Shown here piece after piece: positions 1 to 7,773 of a DNA stretch of 61,985 nt. The stretch covers positions 1 through 61,985 of the IMG/VR virus record IMGVR_UViG_3300032053_000071. One strand, 5' to 3'. Origin of the DNA: a virus (taxonomy: Duplodnaviria > Caudoviricetes). The translations under genes were made by a program, and so were the position numbers. Numbering within the stretch: the stretch's first letter is position 1; the number at the start of each line of letters is the position of its first letter. Under the pieces are notes generated by a model that was given only the letters and a program-made list of their open reading frames with translations, was not told the DNA's origin and did no database searches.

Positions 1-127
1 AAGAAGAACCACCACTTAGCACCGCAGTATTTAAGGCGGTCATGGACCACGGAGTTGTCGTTCAGATACATGACAATGATTCCATGACTGAGGACGAGTC
101 TGATCTTCTTGGAGAACTTAATCATAA
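1..127. repeat. Direct terminal repeat, identical to 61859-61985 (circular assembly overlap)
   Basis: AAGAAGAACCACC...AATCATAA occurs at both ends; the ORF starting at 61720 continues in frame through it. Confidence 0.95.
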
Positions 128-272
128 TACTATTAAGGACAGGCTACAATCATTGGTTAACAATAAAGATTATTCATACGCATTAGAGCAAGAACTAAAT
201 GGAACCGGCGACGCAGCAACAAGCGATGTAGTGTTTCAGTTTCTTGTAATGGGAGAATGCATATTCAGTTAA
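1..272 (+). CDS. 3' part of a hypothetical phage protein that starts at 61720 (about 136 aa in total)
   Basis: ORF 42..272 is in frame with ATG 61720 (MKITIEKEISREILENIFVTALEGGSNDW...) across the junction. Confidence 0.8.
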   Translation, partial: EEPPLSTAVFKAVMDHGVVVQIHDNDSMTEDESDLLGELNHNTIKDRLQSLVNNKDYSYALEQELNGTGDAATSDVVFQFLVMGECIFS

Positions 273-292
273 CAACCTAAAAAAGATTAATT

Positions 293-538
293 ATGACATC
301 AATAGAATGGTTAGTAGAAGAAATAAAAACTTCAAAGTATTATTTAAAATTAATGGCAGAAATAAAAAGTAGAAGTACAATATTACAACCTAACATATTT
401 GAACAAGCAAAAGAAATGGAAAGGCAACAAATTATGACAGCTTTTACTCAAGGAGATATATTTGGAGCAGATTACTTTGACGGAGTAAATATAACGGAAG
501 AAAATTATTATAACCAAACTTTTGTTGATGTCGATTAG
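293..538 (+). CDS. Hypothetical phage protein
   Basis: 81-aa ORF with AT-rich leader, co-oriented with neighbours. Confidence 0.65.
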   Translation: MTSIEWLVEEIKTSKYYLKLMAEIKSRSTILQPNIFEQAKEMERQQIMTAFTQGDIFGADYFDGVNITEENYYNQTFVDVD

Positions 539-542
539 CCTT

Positions 543-639
543 GCCACTAACGGTATCGGGCTTGGCGAAGGTGGGCTTGTAGGATGCTCAATTTTAGCAG
601 GATGTGTCTGCCCACTTTTGCCAAACCCGTGTTATAAGC
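543..639. repeat. attC-like imperfect hairpin, copy 1
   Basis: GCCACTAAC ... CGGGCTTGGCGAAGGTGGGC-loop-GCCCACTTTTGCCAAACCCG ... GTTATAAGC; AAC at 549 to GTT at 633 spans 85 nt; near-identical to copy 2. Confidence 0.75.
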
Positions 640-675
640 TGGCTGCGGTTAATTAAACGAAAATCTTAAATTGAA

Positions 676-1302
676 ATGAAAATATTAGTAGGATGTGAGG
701 AAAGCCAGGAAGTAACTAAAGCCCTAAGAGAATTAGGATTTGAAGCGTTTAGTTGCGACTTGCAGGAATGTTCAGGCGGAAAACCTGAATGGCATTTGCA
801 AATGGATGTTTTTGAAGCGATAAAATTAGGATGGGATATGGCGATATTTTTCCCGACTTGCACATATTTAACGATAAGTGCGAACAAATGGTATAAAGAC
901 CAACCACCACGCAAAAGCGGAACATTAGTAGGAGAGGAAAGAAGGGATGCAAGAATTGAAGCAATTGATTTTTTTATGAGGCTTTACAATTGTGAAATAC
1001 CAAATGTTGCTATCGAAAACCCGATTGGCGTAATGAGTAGCGAATTTAGAAAGCCTGACCAAGTATTGCAACCCTGGATGTTTGGACACGGAGAAACGAA
1101 AGCAACTTGTTTATGGCTGAAAGGATTGCCGAAATTGATACCAACAAACATAGTTGAAGGTAGAGTGCAAAGATTGCACCTATTGCCAAAAACAAAAGAT
1201 AGGGCAAAACTCAGAAGCAAAACATATCCAGGAATTGCAAAGGCTATGGCTGAACAATGGGGAACTTTCATTCGCAGCAGGAACGTAGCAGCTTGCTTAT
1301 AA
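676..1302 (+). CDS. Short phage-type DNA cytosine methyltransferase-like protein
   Basis: N-terminal ILVGCEES...AFSCDL, catalytic-like FPTC, and IENP motifs. Confidence 0.7.
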   Translation: MKILVGCEESQEVTKALRELGFEAFSCDLQECSGGKPEWHLQMDVFEAIKLGWDMAIFFPTCTYLTISANKWYKDQPPRKSGTLVGEERRDARIEAIDFFMRLYNCEIPNVAIENPIGVMSSEFRKPDQVLQPWMFGHGETKATCLWLKGLPKLIPTNIVEGRVQRLHLLPKTKDRAKLRSKTYPGIAKAMAEQWGTFIRSRNVAACL

Positions 1303-1391
1303 CGTTTTCGGGCTTGGCGAAGGTGGGCTTGTAGGATGCTTAAAGTTAGCAGAATGTGTCTGCCCACTTTTGCCAAACCCGTGTTATGCAC
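1295..1391. repeat. attC-like imperfect hairpin, copy 2
   Basis: GCTTATAAC...GTTATGCAC; AAC at 1301 to GTT at 1385 spans 85 nt; stem arms identical to copy 1, with differences in the spacer and loop. Confidence 0.75.
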
Positions 1392-1446
1392 AGTACGGTT
1401 TATTTAACACAAACTTTAATACAAAGAACTAAAAAAAATTTAAAAA

Positions 1447-2394
1447 ATGAGCGTTGGACAAAATATTTTTGAAAAAAATAAAATATATCACGGTGATTGT
1501 TTGGAAGTAATGAAACAAATATCTGATAAGAGTATATCATTAGTCGTGGTAGATTTACCTTATAATATTGGTAAAGCATATAAAAGTGATTTAGAATGGG
1601 ATAAGTGGAATACTATTGATGAATATATTAAATGGGTTGGAATGGGGTTTAAAGAAGTAGAGAGAATATTAAAAGATAATGGTTCTTTTTATTGGTTTCA
1701 CAACGATTTTGAAACATTGTGTGAAATACAACAATGGATTAAAAAAAATACCAATTTTAAATACAGACAATTTATAAATTGGAATAAAAGATTTGATGGT
1801 GGTAAAAAGAAATCTTATTTAGATGGTTATGTAATGGAAGAAAGAACAAAAAACTATTATAAAATGTGTGAGTATATTATGTATTATACATTTGAAAATA
1901 GTTGGAAAATTAAAACCGAAAGAGAAAAACGAGCATTAAAACAAACTGATATTTCAAAGGAAATAAAATCTAAAAATGATAATTTTACAGGTTGGTTTTC
2001 AAATATTGAAAGTGGAAAGTATTTTCCAACAAATGAAACAATTAAACCAATAACAAAATATCTTGGATTAACAATGGATGATTTGGTTCATACTTTTAAT
2101 AACCAAAAATTACATCATTCGGTTTGGAATTACGAAATAACCGAAAAAACAATACACCCAACACAAAAACCGTTGGATTTAATAAAAAACATAATACTAC
2201 ATAGTTCAAATGAAGGAGATTTAGTTTTAGATTATACCGCAGGTTATTCAACAACTGCTATCGCTTGTATAGAAACTAAACGAGATTATATTATGATTGA
2301 AAAAGATGATGAATTTTATAAACATTCTTTAAAAAGGGTGGAAGATTTTTTAAATTCTTTTTCTCACGAAACTTCAAAAGAAGATGAAAAGTAG
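1447..2394 (+). CDS. N4-cytosine/N6-adenine DNA methyltransferase (beta class) with internal XRE-like HTH
   Basis: GDCLEVM, DLPYN (DPPY-type), HPTQKP, GDLVLDYTAG..TTAIAC; central KTEREKRALKQTDIS...FSNIESGKYFP segment; very AT-rich. Confidence 0.85.
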   Translation: MSVGQNIFEKNKIYHGDCLEVMKQISDKSISLVVVDLPYNIGKAYKSDLEWDKWNTIDEYIKWVGMGFKEVERILKDNGSFYWFHNDFETLCEIQQWIKKNTNFKYRQFINWNKRFDGGKKKSYLDGYVMEERTKNYYKMCEYIMYYTFENSWKIKTEREKRALKQTDISKEIKSKNDNFTGWFSNIESGKYFPTNETIKPITKYLGLTMDDLVHTFNNQKLHHSVWNYEITEKTIHPTQKPLDLIKNIILHSSNEGDLVLDYTAGYSTTAIACIETKRDYIMIEKDDEFYKHSLKRVEDFLNSFSHETSKEDEK

Positions 2395-2407
2395 TATTGT
2401 GCATAAC
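2394..2407. repeat. Terminal half-site of the cassette array (AAC box without hairpin)
   Basis: GTATTGTGCATAAC is the reverse complement (one mismatch) of GTTATGCACAGTAC at 1383. Confidence 0.6.
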
Positions 2408-2468
2408 TCATATATTCACGCAATTAACTTCGCCTATTTAATTATATAGAACAATTAAAACAAAGACA

Positions 2469-2642
2469 ATGATAACGATAGAAAAAATAATACAAGACGA
2501 GAAGAAAATGCCCAAGCCTAATCAAGACCTCATCAATAACTTAGAGGCTTTCATTAGCACCGGCACGATAACAATAACAGCATCAAACAACCATATGTGT
2601 ATCAACAGCGACAATGGGAATTATAAAAATAATATAAATTAA
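2469..2642 (+). CDS. Small hypothetical protein (57 aa, not in the ORF track)
   Basis: Hand translation MITIEKIIQDEKKMPKPNQDLINNLEAFIS...; A-rich leader. Confidence 0.5.
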   Translation: MITIEKIIQDEKKMPKPNQDLINNLEAFISTGTITITASNNHMCINSDNGNYKNNIN

Positions 2643-2668
2643 ATTGCTGTATTTATAAACAATTCCAC

Positions 2669-2676
2669 TATCTTTG
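2669..2676 (+). promoter_or_regulatory. Bacteroidota-type -7 promoter element
   Basis: TATCTTTG matches TAnnTTTG; lies 20 nt before ATG 2696, with a TTG upstream at 2644. Confidence 0.6.
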
Positions 2677-2695
2677 TGGAAACAAATCAAATCAA

Positions 2696-3001
2696 ATGAA
2701 ATCAGACATCTTCAATCAGTATGCCTCTACTATAGCCGACATGTCAGGCATAGATAAGGAGGATTTGTTCTCAAAGAACAAGACAAGAACGATATCAGAA
2801 GCACGTCACTTGTTATACTATCTGTGTAACAAAAGGATGATTGCCGTATCGTACATCAAGAAGTACATGGAGGACAACGGCTACAAGGTTGGCTTCTTCC
2901 CAATTACTTATGGTATTAAGATAGCAAAGCAAAAGGTTGATAAAGACCCTGACTACCTATCGTTGATATCTAAGATAGACAAGAGAATCACTATTAAATA
3001 A
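2696..3001 (+). CDS. DnaA domain IV-like HTH protein
   Basis: DLFSKNKTRTISEARHLLYYLC resembles the DnaA C-terminal DL.S..R...I..ARQ.AMYL pattern. Confidence 0.6.
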   Translation: MKSDIFNQYASTIADMSGIDKEDLFSKNKTRTISEARHLLYYLCNKRMIAVSYIKKYMEDNGYKVGFFPITYGIKIAKQKVDKDPDYLSLISKIDKRITIK

Positions 3002-3023
3002 TAATCAAATCAAATCAAACAAC

Positions 3024-3635
3024 ATGGCAGACAAAAATTCAATCTTTCAAACGCTTTCGTCCATTAGCGTAAAGGACAAAATTGAGCGTAAGGGTAATCT
3101 TGATTACCTGTCTTGGGCAAACGCTTGGGGAACGCTAAAGGCTAATTACCCTGACGCACAGCGTAGGGTGTATGAGCATGACCACACCGGATTCAATTAC
3201 TTTACTGATGGTAGGACTGCTTGGGTAAAGGTAGGTATAGTTATCGGCGACTTAGAGCACGTAGATTACCTACCTATTATGGACTTCAGAAACAATGCCA
3301 TACCTATTGAGAAGATAACATCAATGGACGTTAACAAGGCTATACAGCGTAGCACAGCTAAGGCTATCGCTATGCATGGTCTTGGACTAAGCCTATGGAC
3401 AGGCGAAGATGTACCTGAGTTGACTACTGACGCACCTGCAAAGGCAGACAAGACTGATAAGGCAGTTAAGTTAATTACGCTAAGCAAGGGATCAGAGAAT
3501 TGGGACAACGTAGTTAAGTATGTTGAGACTAACAAGGAGTTAGGCTTTGAGAAAATCAAGCAGCAGTTGTCAAGGAAGTACGCACTTAGTCCTGCAGTAG
3601 TAAAGGAACTATCATCTTTAACCGATAAATCTTAA
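3024..3635 (+). CDS. Single-strand annealing protein (Sak3/DUF1071-like)
   Basis: IERKGNLDYLSWANAW, LPIMDFRN, DVNKAIQRSTAKAIAMHGLGL..GED motifs; next to an exonuclease. Confidence 0.8.
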   Translation: MADKNSIFQTLSSISVKDKIERKGNLDYLSWANAWGTLKANYPDAQRRVYEHDHTGFNYFTDGRTAWVKVGIVIGDLEHVDYLPIMDFRNNAIPIEKITSMDVNKAIQRSTAKAIAMHGLGLSLWTGEDVPELTTDAPAKADKTDKAVKLITLSKGSENWDNVVKYVETNKELGFEKIKQQLSRKYALSPAVVKELSSLTDKS

Positions 3636-3638
3636 TCC

Positions 3639-4400
3639 ATGGAAAATATGATTTTTGATACACTACAAAGTGAACTCATAGAAAAATTAAAAGACGACAA
3701 AGAATATTATTCAGGCATTGGAAAGAATTACCTATCCAATTCTGACATCGGAATCCTGCTTAACAATCCTAAGGACTTTGGAAAACCAAGAGAAGACAAC
3801 AAGAATTTTGCTGATGGACGTTATTTTCATCAGCTTCTTCTTGAGCCTGAAAAGGCTGATGTTGCTCATGTTGTGGACGTAAGTACACGCACAACGAAAG
3901 AATACAAGAACTATTGTGAGGACAATAACATAGCTTTTTGTATGTTAAAGAAGGAGCAAGATGAAATTAAAAAACTTGTCTCAATAATTAGAGGCAATAT
4001 TCAATTTTATGACGATATTTACGCTCCGGGAAACGAATTTGAGGTGCCTTCCATTGGAGTTATTCATGGTATGAATTGGAAAGGTAAAGCTGACATAGTA
4101 GGGAATGATTTTATCATAGACTTAAAAACAACAAGTGATGTACACAAATTCAAATGGTCAGCAAAGTCATATAACTATGACTCTCAGTGTTACATCTATC
4201 AGCAGTTATTTGGACGTCCGTTGGCTTTCTACGTTATCGACAAAGGTACCGGTCAACTCGGGATATTCAGACCTACAGAAAATTTCATTAAAGGTGGTGA
4301 GGTGAAGGTTGCAAAAGCTATTGAAGTATATAACAAGTTCTTTAGCGATGATTCACATGACGATATCGCTAACTACTATATTGACGAAACACTAGATTAA
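3639..4400 (+). CDS. PD-(D/E)XK exonuclease (RecE/ExoVIII-like)
   Basis: LSNSDI, G..FH..LLEP, KGKADIV, IIDLKTT, YDSQCYIY. Confidence 0.85.
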   Translation: MENMIFDTLQSELIEKLKDDKEYYSGIGKNYLSNSDIGILLNNPKDFGKPREDNKNFADGRYFHQLLLEPEKADVAHVVDVSTRTTKEYKNYCEDNNIAFCMLKKEQDEIKKLVSIIRGNIQFYDDIYAPGNEFEVPSIGVIHGMNWKGKADIVGNDFIIDLKTTSDVHKFKWSAKSYNYDSQCYIYQQLFGRPLAFYVIDKGTGQLGIFRPTENFIKGGEVKVAKAIEVYNKFFSDDSHDDIANYYIDETLD

Positions 4401-4404
4401 AATG

Positions 4405-4458
4405 CTTGTCAGTTTACTTAGCCTCAGGGGTGTACTGATAAGATAAATAGACTGAGGC
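4405..4458 (+). promoter_or_regulatory. Predicted H-type RNA pseudoknot in the leader of the putative SSB gene
   Basis: CTTGTCAGT (4405-4413) pairs with ACTGATAAG (4434-4442); GCCTCAG (4421-4427) pairs with CTGAGGC (4452-4458); the stems are interleaved. Confidence 0.55.
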
Positions 4459-4478
4459 AAATTTAAAAATTAAAAAAA

Positions 4479-4799
4479 ATGGCACAAGACGAAAAAATCT
4501 TTGCAGACGGATTCAGTTTCAAAAGAAATGAAAACGCACCCGACTTTGTAGTTGGAAGACTTTCAATGAAAGTAGATGACGCTATCGCTTTTATGCGTGA
4601 GCATGACAAGAAAGGATGGATTAACCTAAGTATTAAAACAGCACGTAGTGGGAATCATTACGTTGAGTTGGATACGTTTGAACCCAAAGGTTCAGCAGGT
4701 AAGGATTCAGACAGCAGCAGTAGCGTTAGTAAAAAATCATCAAGACCAAAAGTAAAAGAGGCTATTGAGTCTGATGATGACGATAAGTTGCCGTTCTAA
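4479..4799 (+). CDS. Putative single-stranded DNA-binding protein
   Basis: Small beta-rich N-terminal domain, disordered linker, acidic tail ending DDDDKLPF; follows annealing protein and exonuclease. Confidence 0.65.
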   Translation: MAQDEKIFADGFSFKRNENAPDFVVGRLSMKVDDAIAFMREHDKKGWINLSIKTARSGNHYVELDTFEPKGSAGKDSDSSSSVSKKSSRPKVKEAIESDDDDKLPF

Positions 4800-4821
4800 C
4801 CTATTACCGAAGCCTAAAAAT

Positions 4822-4845
4822 GGGGAGCTAGTCTCCCCTTTTTTT
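4822..4845 (+). terminator. Intrinsic terminator
   Basis: GGGGAG-CTAGT-CTCCCC followed by T7. Confidence 0.85.
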
Positions 4846-4881
4846 ACCACTTTACTATGCCAATAATGATAAATAAAGACC

Positions 4882-5017
4882 CCCTACTCTTTCTATATAT
4901 ATTTATATACTCTTTTCTTTTTTATTAATTACGTTTTGAATTTAAAATCGACATAAAAGACATTAGTAATAGTAATCAATTAGTTACAAAAATTAATCAA
5001 ACATAAAAACGGTATAA
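4882..5017. repeat. Origin-like AT-rich element, copy 1 (degenerate direct repeat of 52738-52861)
   Basis: Shared ordered blocks CCCTACTCT..TCTATATAT, T-tract, TTTAAAATYGACAT, GACATTAGTA, AATCAATWAGTTA, CGGTATAA. Confidence 0.6.
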
Positions 5018-5018
5018 C

Positions 5019-7445
5019 ATGGCATTACATGACATAACTATATTTAAAAACATCAGAGACACTGATACTCCCTTCTTCAGGCCTGTTCAGGCAATCCTTG
5101 AAAGGATTAAGGATGGAGCGACAAAGGAACTCATAAAGAAGATTAGACTAGAGAAGAGCAAGTCAGATAGGAATGAGATGAAGAAGCTACTGCCGGCTAT
5201 ATGCTTCAGCGGTACGTTTAATAAGAGGGCTGACAATGCACTCATAGAGCACAGCGGACTATTATGCTTGGACTTTGATGGATACGACAAGCAGAAGACC
5301 CTACTGCAGGATAAGGAGAACTTATCAAGAAGCAAGTACGTCTACTCAGTATTCATATCACCCTCAGGAGATGGCTTAAAGGTGCTCGTAAAGATACCTG
5401 CCGACCCTGAGAATCATACAAACTACTTCAATTCGCTAGAAAGGCACTTTAATTCGCCTTTCTTTGACAAAACGAGTAAGAACCTTAGTCGAGTGTGTTA
5501 TGAGTCCTATGACCCTCTAATACACGTAAACGAGAACTCGTCCATTTGGGACCTCATAGAGGAACCGGAATACAACGAGGTAAGCAAGGTTAAAGACTCC
5601 CCTACTATACCAATCACGGATGAGAATAAGATAGTAGAGATACTTGTTAAGTGGTGGACAACTAAGTACCCAATGCATGAGGGGCAACGTAACCACAACG
5701 CCTACGTTTTAGCTATGGCATTTAATGACTTCGGTATTAACAAAAGCCTTGCGTCCTACGTGCTGAATCAGTATGCTACTAGCGACTTCCCTATCAGGGA
5801 GATAGCCATTACGATTGACTCGGCATACAAGAATACCTCAAACTTCGGAACTAAGTACTACGAGGATGAGGAGCGTATCAATCAGATAAAGGGAAAGATT
5901 AGACGTGGTGTATCAAAAAAAGAGATTCGCTTCCAAATGCAAGACTCCAACTTGGATAGCGATATAATAGACGCAGTCCTTAATAAGATTGAGGAAGAGA
6001 ACGCAAAGCAAACATTTTGGACAAAGAACGATAAGGGAGTTATCAAGATAGTACACATACTATTCAAGCAGTTCTTGGAGGACTCAGGGTTCTACAAGTA
6101 TTGCCCGGAGGGTGGCAAGAACTACATCTTTGTTAAGGTAACGAACAACCTGATAGACCATACCTCAGAGAAAGAGATAAAGGACTACGTACTTACTCAC
6201 TTGTTAGAGATTGACGACATCAGCATATACAATTACTTTGCTGACAACACCCGGTTCTTTAAGGAGGAGTTTTTGTCTATGCTATCAACCATTGACATAT
6301 ACTTCATCGAGGACAATAAGGACGTTTCGTACCTGTACTACAAGAATTGTGGCATTAAGGTTACTAAGGATGAGATTATACCAATAGACTACCTTGACCT
6401 TGGTGGTTACGTATGGAAAGACCATGTTATTGACAGGAACTTTAACCTATGCAGCGTGACTAGCAGATGTGACTTCAAGAAGTTTATCAGCAACATCAAT
6501 GGCGGAGATCAGAACAGAGTCAAGTCTATGGAGAGCACAATGGGATTCCTTATGCACGGATACAAGAACCTATCGTTCTGTCCTGCGGTAATCCTAAATG
6601 ACGAAGTAATCAGCGACAATCCTGAGGGAGGTACAGGCAAGGGTTTAATTATGAACGCACTAAGCAAGATGAAGAAGCTCGTGGTTATAGATGGCAAATC
6701 GTTTGCCTTTGAGAGAAGCTTCGCTTATCAGTTGGTGTCAGCAGATACGCAGATACTTTGCTTTGATGACGTGAAGAAACATTTTGACTTCGAGCGACTA
6801 TTCAGTGTCGTTACAGAAGGATTGACGCTAGAGAAGAAGAACAAGGACGCTATTAAGATACCATTCAGTAGGTCGCCTAAGATAGCTATAACAACTAACT
6901 ACGCTATCAAAGGTGCTGGCAATTCATTCGCAAGACGTAAGTGGGAGTTAGAGTTACATCAGTTTTACTCAAAGGCTTTTACGCCACTTGATGAATTTGG
7001 TAAGCTGATGTTTGGCGATTGGAACGATGACGATTGGTGTGAGTTTGACAACTACATGATTGGATGCTTAAAAGATTACCTGAAGACAGGACTTGTCAAG
7101 TCAAAGTTTGTCAACTTAAAGATAAGACAACTATCAGCAGAGAGCTGCCACGAGTTTATCGAATGGTGCGGACTTGTTCATGGTCAGGACAGAAGTATGT
7201 CGCTTGACTCAGGCATACGGTTATACAAGAACGACTTATACTATAACTTTATAGACGAGTATCCTGACTACGGACCGAAGGCTAAGATGACTATAAGCAG
7301 AACACGTTTCTACAAATGGTTAGTGTCTTATGCAATCTATAAGGAAGGCGTGATGCCGGAGGAAGGTAGAGACCAAGCAGGCCGTTGGATAATAATAAGA
7401 AAGAAACAAGATTCTGAATATCAAAAACAATTAGATTATGAATAA
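5019..7445 (+). CDS. Primase-helicase (VirE N-terminal/BT4734-like primase domain plus P-loop helicase)
   Basis: LPAICFSGTF, HSGLLCLDFD, FISPSGDGLKVLV, SRVCYESYDP, EGQRN; Walker A GGTGKG and Walker B ILCFDD. Confidence 0.85.
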   Translation: MALHDITIFKNIRDTDTPFFRPVQAILERIKDGATKELIKKIRLEKSKSDRNEMKKLLPAICFSGTFNKRADNALIEHSGLLCLDFDGYDKQKTLLQDKENLSRSKYVYSVFISPSGDGLKVLVKIPADPENHTNYFNSLERHFNSPFFDKTSKNLSRVCYESYDPLIHVNENSSIWDLIEEPEYNEVSKVKDSPTIPITDENKIVEILVKWWTTKYPMHEGQRNHNAYVLAMAFNDFGINKSLASYVLNQYATSDFPIREIAITIDSAYKNTSNFGTKYYEDEERINQIKGKIRRGVSKKEIRFQMQDSNLDSDIIDAVLNKIEEENAKQTFWTKNDKGVIKIVHILFKQFLEDSGFYKYCPEGGKNYIFVKVTNNLIDHTSEKEIKDYVLTHLLEIDDISIYNYFADNTRFFKEEFLSMLSTIDIYFIEDNKDVSYLYYKNCGIKVTKDEIIPIDYLDLGGYVWKDHVIDRNFNLCSVTSRCDFKKFISNINGGDQNRVKSMESTMGFLMHGYKNLSFCPAVILNDEVISDNPEGGTGKGLIMNALSKMKKLVVIDGKSFAFERSFAYQLVSADTQILCFDDVKKHFDFERLFSVVTEGLTLEKKNKDAIKIPFSRSPKIAITTNYAIKGAGNSFARRKWELELHQFYSKAFTPLDEFGKLMFGDWNDDDWCEFDNYMIGCLKDYLKTGLVKSKFVNLKIRQLSAESCHEFIEWCGLVHGQDRSMSLDSGIRLYKNDLYYNFIDEYPDYGPKAKMTISRTRFYKWLVSYAIYKEGVMPEEGRDQAGRWIIIRKKQDSEYQKQLDYE

Positions 7446-7773
7446 ACAACAAACAATGCATGTTGGAATGATGAACTCATACAATTTGATTATGGATAAA
7501 GTATCAATAGATACAGTAGTGCAATCAGGCATAGGAGTATTCGCACACATACCTGATGCAGAACCTGAACTCAATGACATACAAATGATGATTATATACT
7601 TTCAAGACCATGACATGTATGAGATATGTTCAGACCTTGTAAGTTATATAGAGCAGAACTACAACGATAATGGTTGTCTAAAAGGAAGCGAGTGCGACTG
7701 CGATTACCCAAACATAAAAGAATACGCACGCAGAATGAGGTGCGGAGTATGTAACAAAAGAATTAGAAAGTAA
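7438..7773 (+). CDS. Hypothetical protein with C-terminal CxC...CxxC zinc ribbon
   Basis: CDCDYP...CGVC; translationally coupled to neighbours. Confidence 0.6.
   Translation: MNKQQTMHVGMMNSYNLIMDKVSIDTVVQSGIGVFAHIPDAEPELNDIQMMIIYFQDHDMYEICSDLVSYIEQNYNDNGCLKGSECDCDYPNIKEYARRMRCGVCNKRIRK

Larger units (their letters stand above)
549..2407 (+). mobile_element. Integron-like array of two gene cassettes, each carrying a DNA methyltransferase; no cognate recombinase seen
   Basis: The two ends of each gene unit are complementary: GTTATAAGCTGGCTGC (631) with GCAGCTTGCTTATAAC (1288), and GTTATGCACAGTAC (1383) with GTATTGTGCATAAC (2394). Stop codons lie in or abut the AAC box. Confidence 0.65.

Noticed and set aside
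1-127. Biological direct terminal repeat
   Set aside because: It falls in the middle of a gene and its length matches a common assembly k-mer; the true ends are more plausibly in 53220-53925.
293-551. ORF 293-538 as a third cassette
   Set aside because: No convincing upstream GTTAGTGGC partner for GCCACTAAC; the closest match (GTTAGTAGA near 310) is inside the ORF and weak.
543-1391. The two 85-nt repeats as a CRISPR array, terminators or IS ends
   Set aside because: They are too long and separated by whole genes, have no U-tract, are in direct orientation, and no cas or transposase gene is present.
984-1391. Minus-strand 135-aa ORF over MTase 1 and hairpin 2
   Set aside because: Antisense shadow of a motif-bearing gene; its start comes from the hairpin sequence.
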